Shown here: piece by piece, positions 63,478 to 64,000 of the stretch
Layout: every line of letters starts with the position of its first letter
Position numbering within the stretch: the first letter of the stretch is position 1
Source: an uncultured cyanobacterium
GTDB taxonomy: Bacteria; Cyanobacteriota; Cyanobacteriia; Leptolyngbyales; Leptolyngbyaceae
DNA: 64,000 bases
Direction: 5' to 3'
Assembly: GCA_963766075.1 (NCBI GenBank)
Contig: CAVYAN010000017.1
Coordinates: 64,001-128,000, forward strand
Made by a program: the position numbers and the translations under genes
Notes under the pieces: model-generated
Seen by the model: the letters and a program-made list of their open reading frames with translations, nothing else
What the model was told of the DNA's origin: nothing
The model's database searches: none

Positions 63478-64000
63478 GCCTACCCCTATCGTCTCTTTTC
63501 GTTCCGTTGTTCCTCCATTGGCCCCAGCCCGCCATGATGCATTTAACGGTCCACCTAACCACCCACCTCACAACCCATTTAGCCATGGTGGTGCTGGCCT
63601 TAGGCATCGCCGTGGGCGTGCGGTGGCTGCCATACCCCGCCGCCAAGACTTGGAGCCAACGCTGGCAATTTGCGTTGATCCAATTTGTGCTGCCACCGTT
63701 GCTATTGTTGACGACGGCGATCGCCATTGCCTTCATGGGTCCCCAAGGCCAAATGGTCTGCCCCTGGGAAGGCTGGAGCAGCTATGGTCTGGCAATCGCT
63801 TTTCTGGGAGGAGCGGGAATCTGGGCCGTGACTTTAACCACGCAAGCTTGGAAATCTGTTCAGCAAGTGCACACATATCCACAGAAATCGGTGCACGGAT
63901 ACACCAGCCATCTGCTGGACAGTCCCATGCCCTTTGTGGCCCAAGTGGGCTTTTGGCGATCGCACTTGGTCCTCAGCCAAGGCTTACTGGACACCCTAGA
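63474..64000 (+). CDS. M56 (BlaR1-like) membrane peptidase, 5' part
   Basis: ATGA overlap with the repressor; hand translation gives LPPLLLLTTAIAIAFMGPQG...AQVGFWRS.LVLSQGLL, open to the window end. Confidence 0.8.
   Translation, partial: MSLPLSSLFVPLFLHWPQPAMMHLTVHLTTHLTTHLAMVVLALGIAVGVRWLPYPAAKTWSQRWQFALIQFVLPPLLLLTTAIAIAFMGPQGQMVCPWEGWSSYGLAIAFLGGAGIWAVTLTTQAWKSVQQVHTYPQKSVHGYTSHLLDSPMPFVAQVGFWRSHLVLSQGLLDTL

Noticed and set aside
224..63736. Numerous antisense or alternate-frame ORFs in the supplied track
   Set aside because: They overlap well-supported genes and carry no motifs; treated as shadow ORFs

Overview
Cyanobacterial chromosomal window, shown by the dense HIP1 octamer GCGATCGC and by psbV, psbV2, petE, nblR, ntcB and the low-oxygen acsF-ho2-hemN-desaturase operon. 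Most of it is ordinary housekeeping DNA. The accessory block at about 33.6-45.1 kb is a toxin-antitoxin and defence island. Its core is an AT-rich, HIP1-free gene for an AbiA-like reverse transcriptase with a C-terminal HEPN RxxxxH motif (about 38317-40230, apparently starting at ATT). Upstream of it lies an unexplained array of four imperfect palindromic repeats at an exact 41-bp period (38023-38170), between a candidate promoter and a hairpin/T-run. The RT gene sits in an integron-type cassette (attC at 40239-40325, matching core site at 38177). Further attC-like sites follow, one carrying a group IIC-attC intron scar, but there is no integrase in the window. Also present: a MITE family with several copies, an internally deleted IS with intact inverted repeats, and four frameshifted genes that are probably assembly errors. 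No rRNA, tRNA or canonical CRISPR-Cas locus was seen. All family assignments come from motif recognition by eye; no database searches were run.
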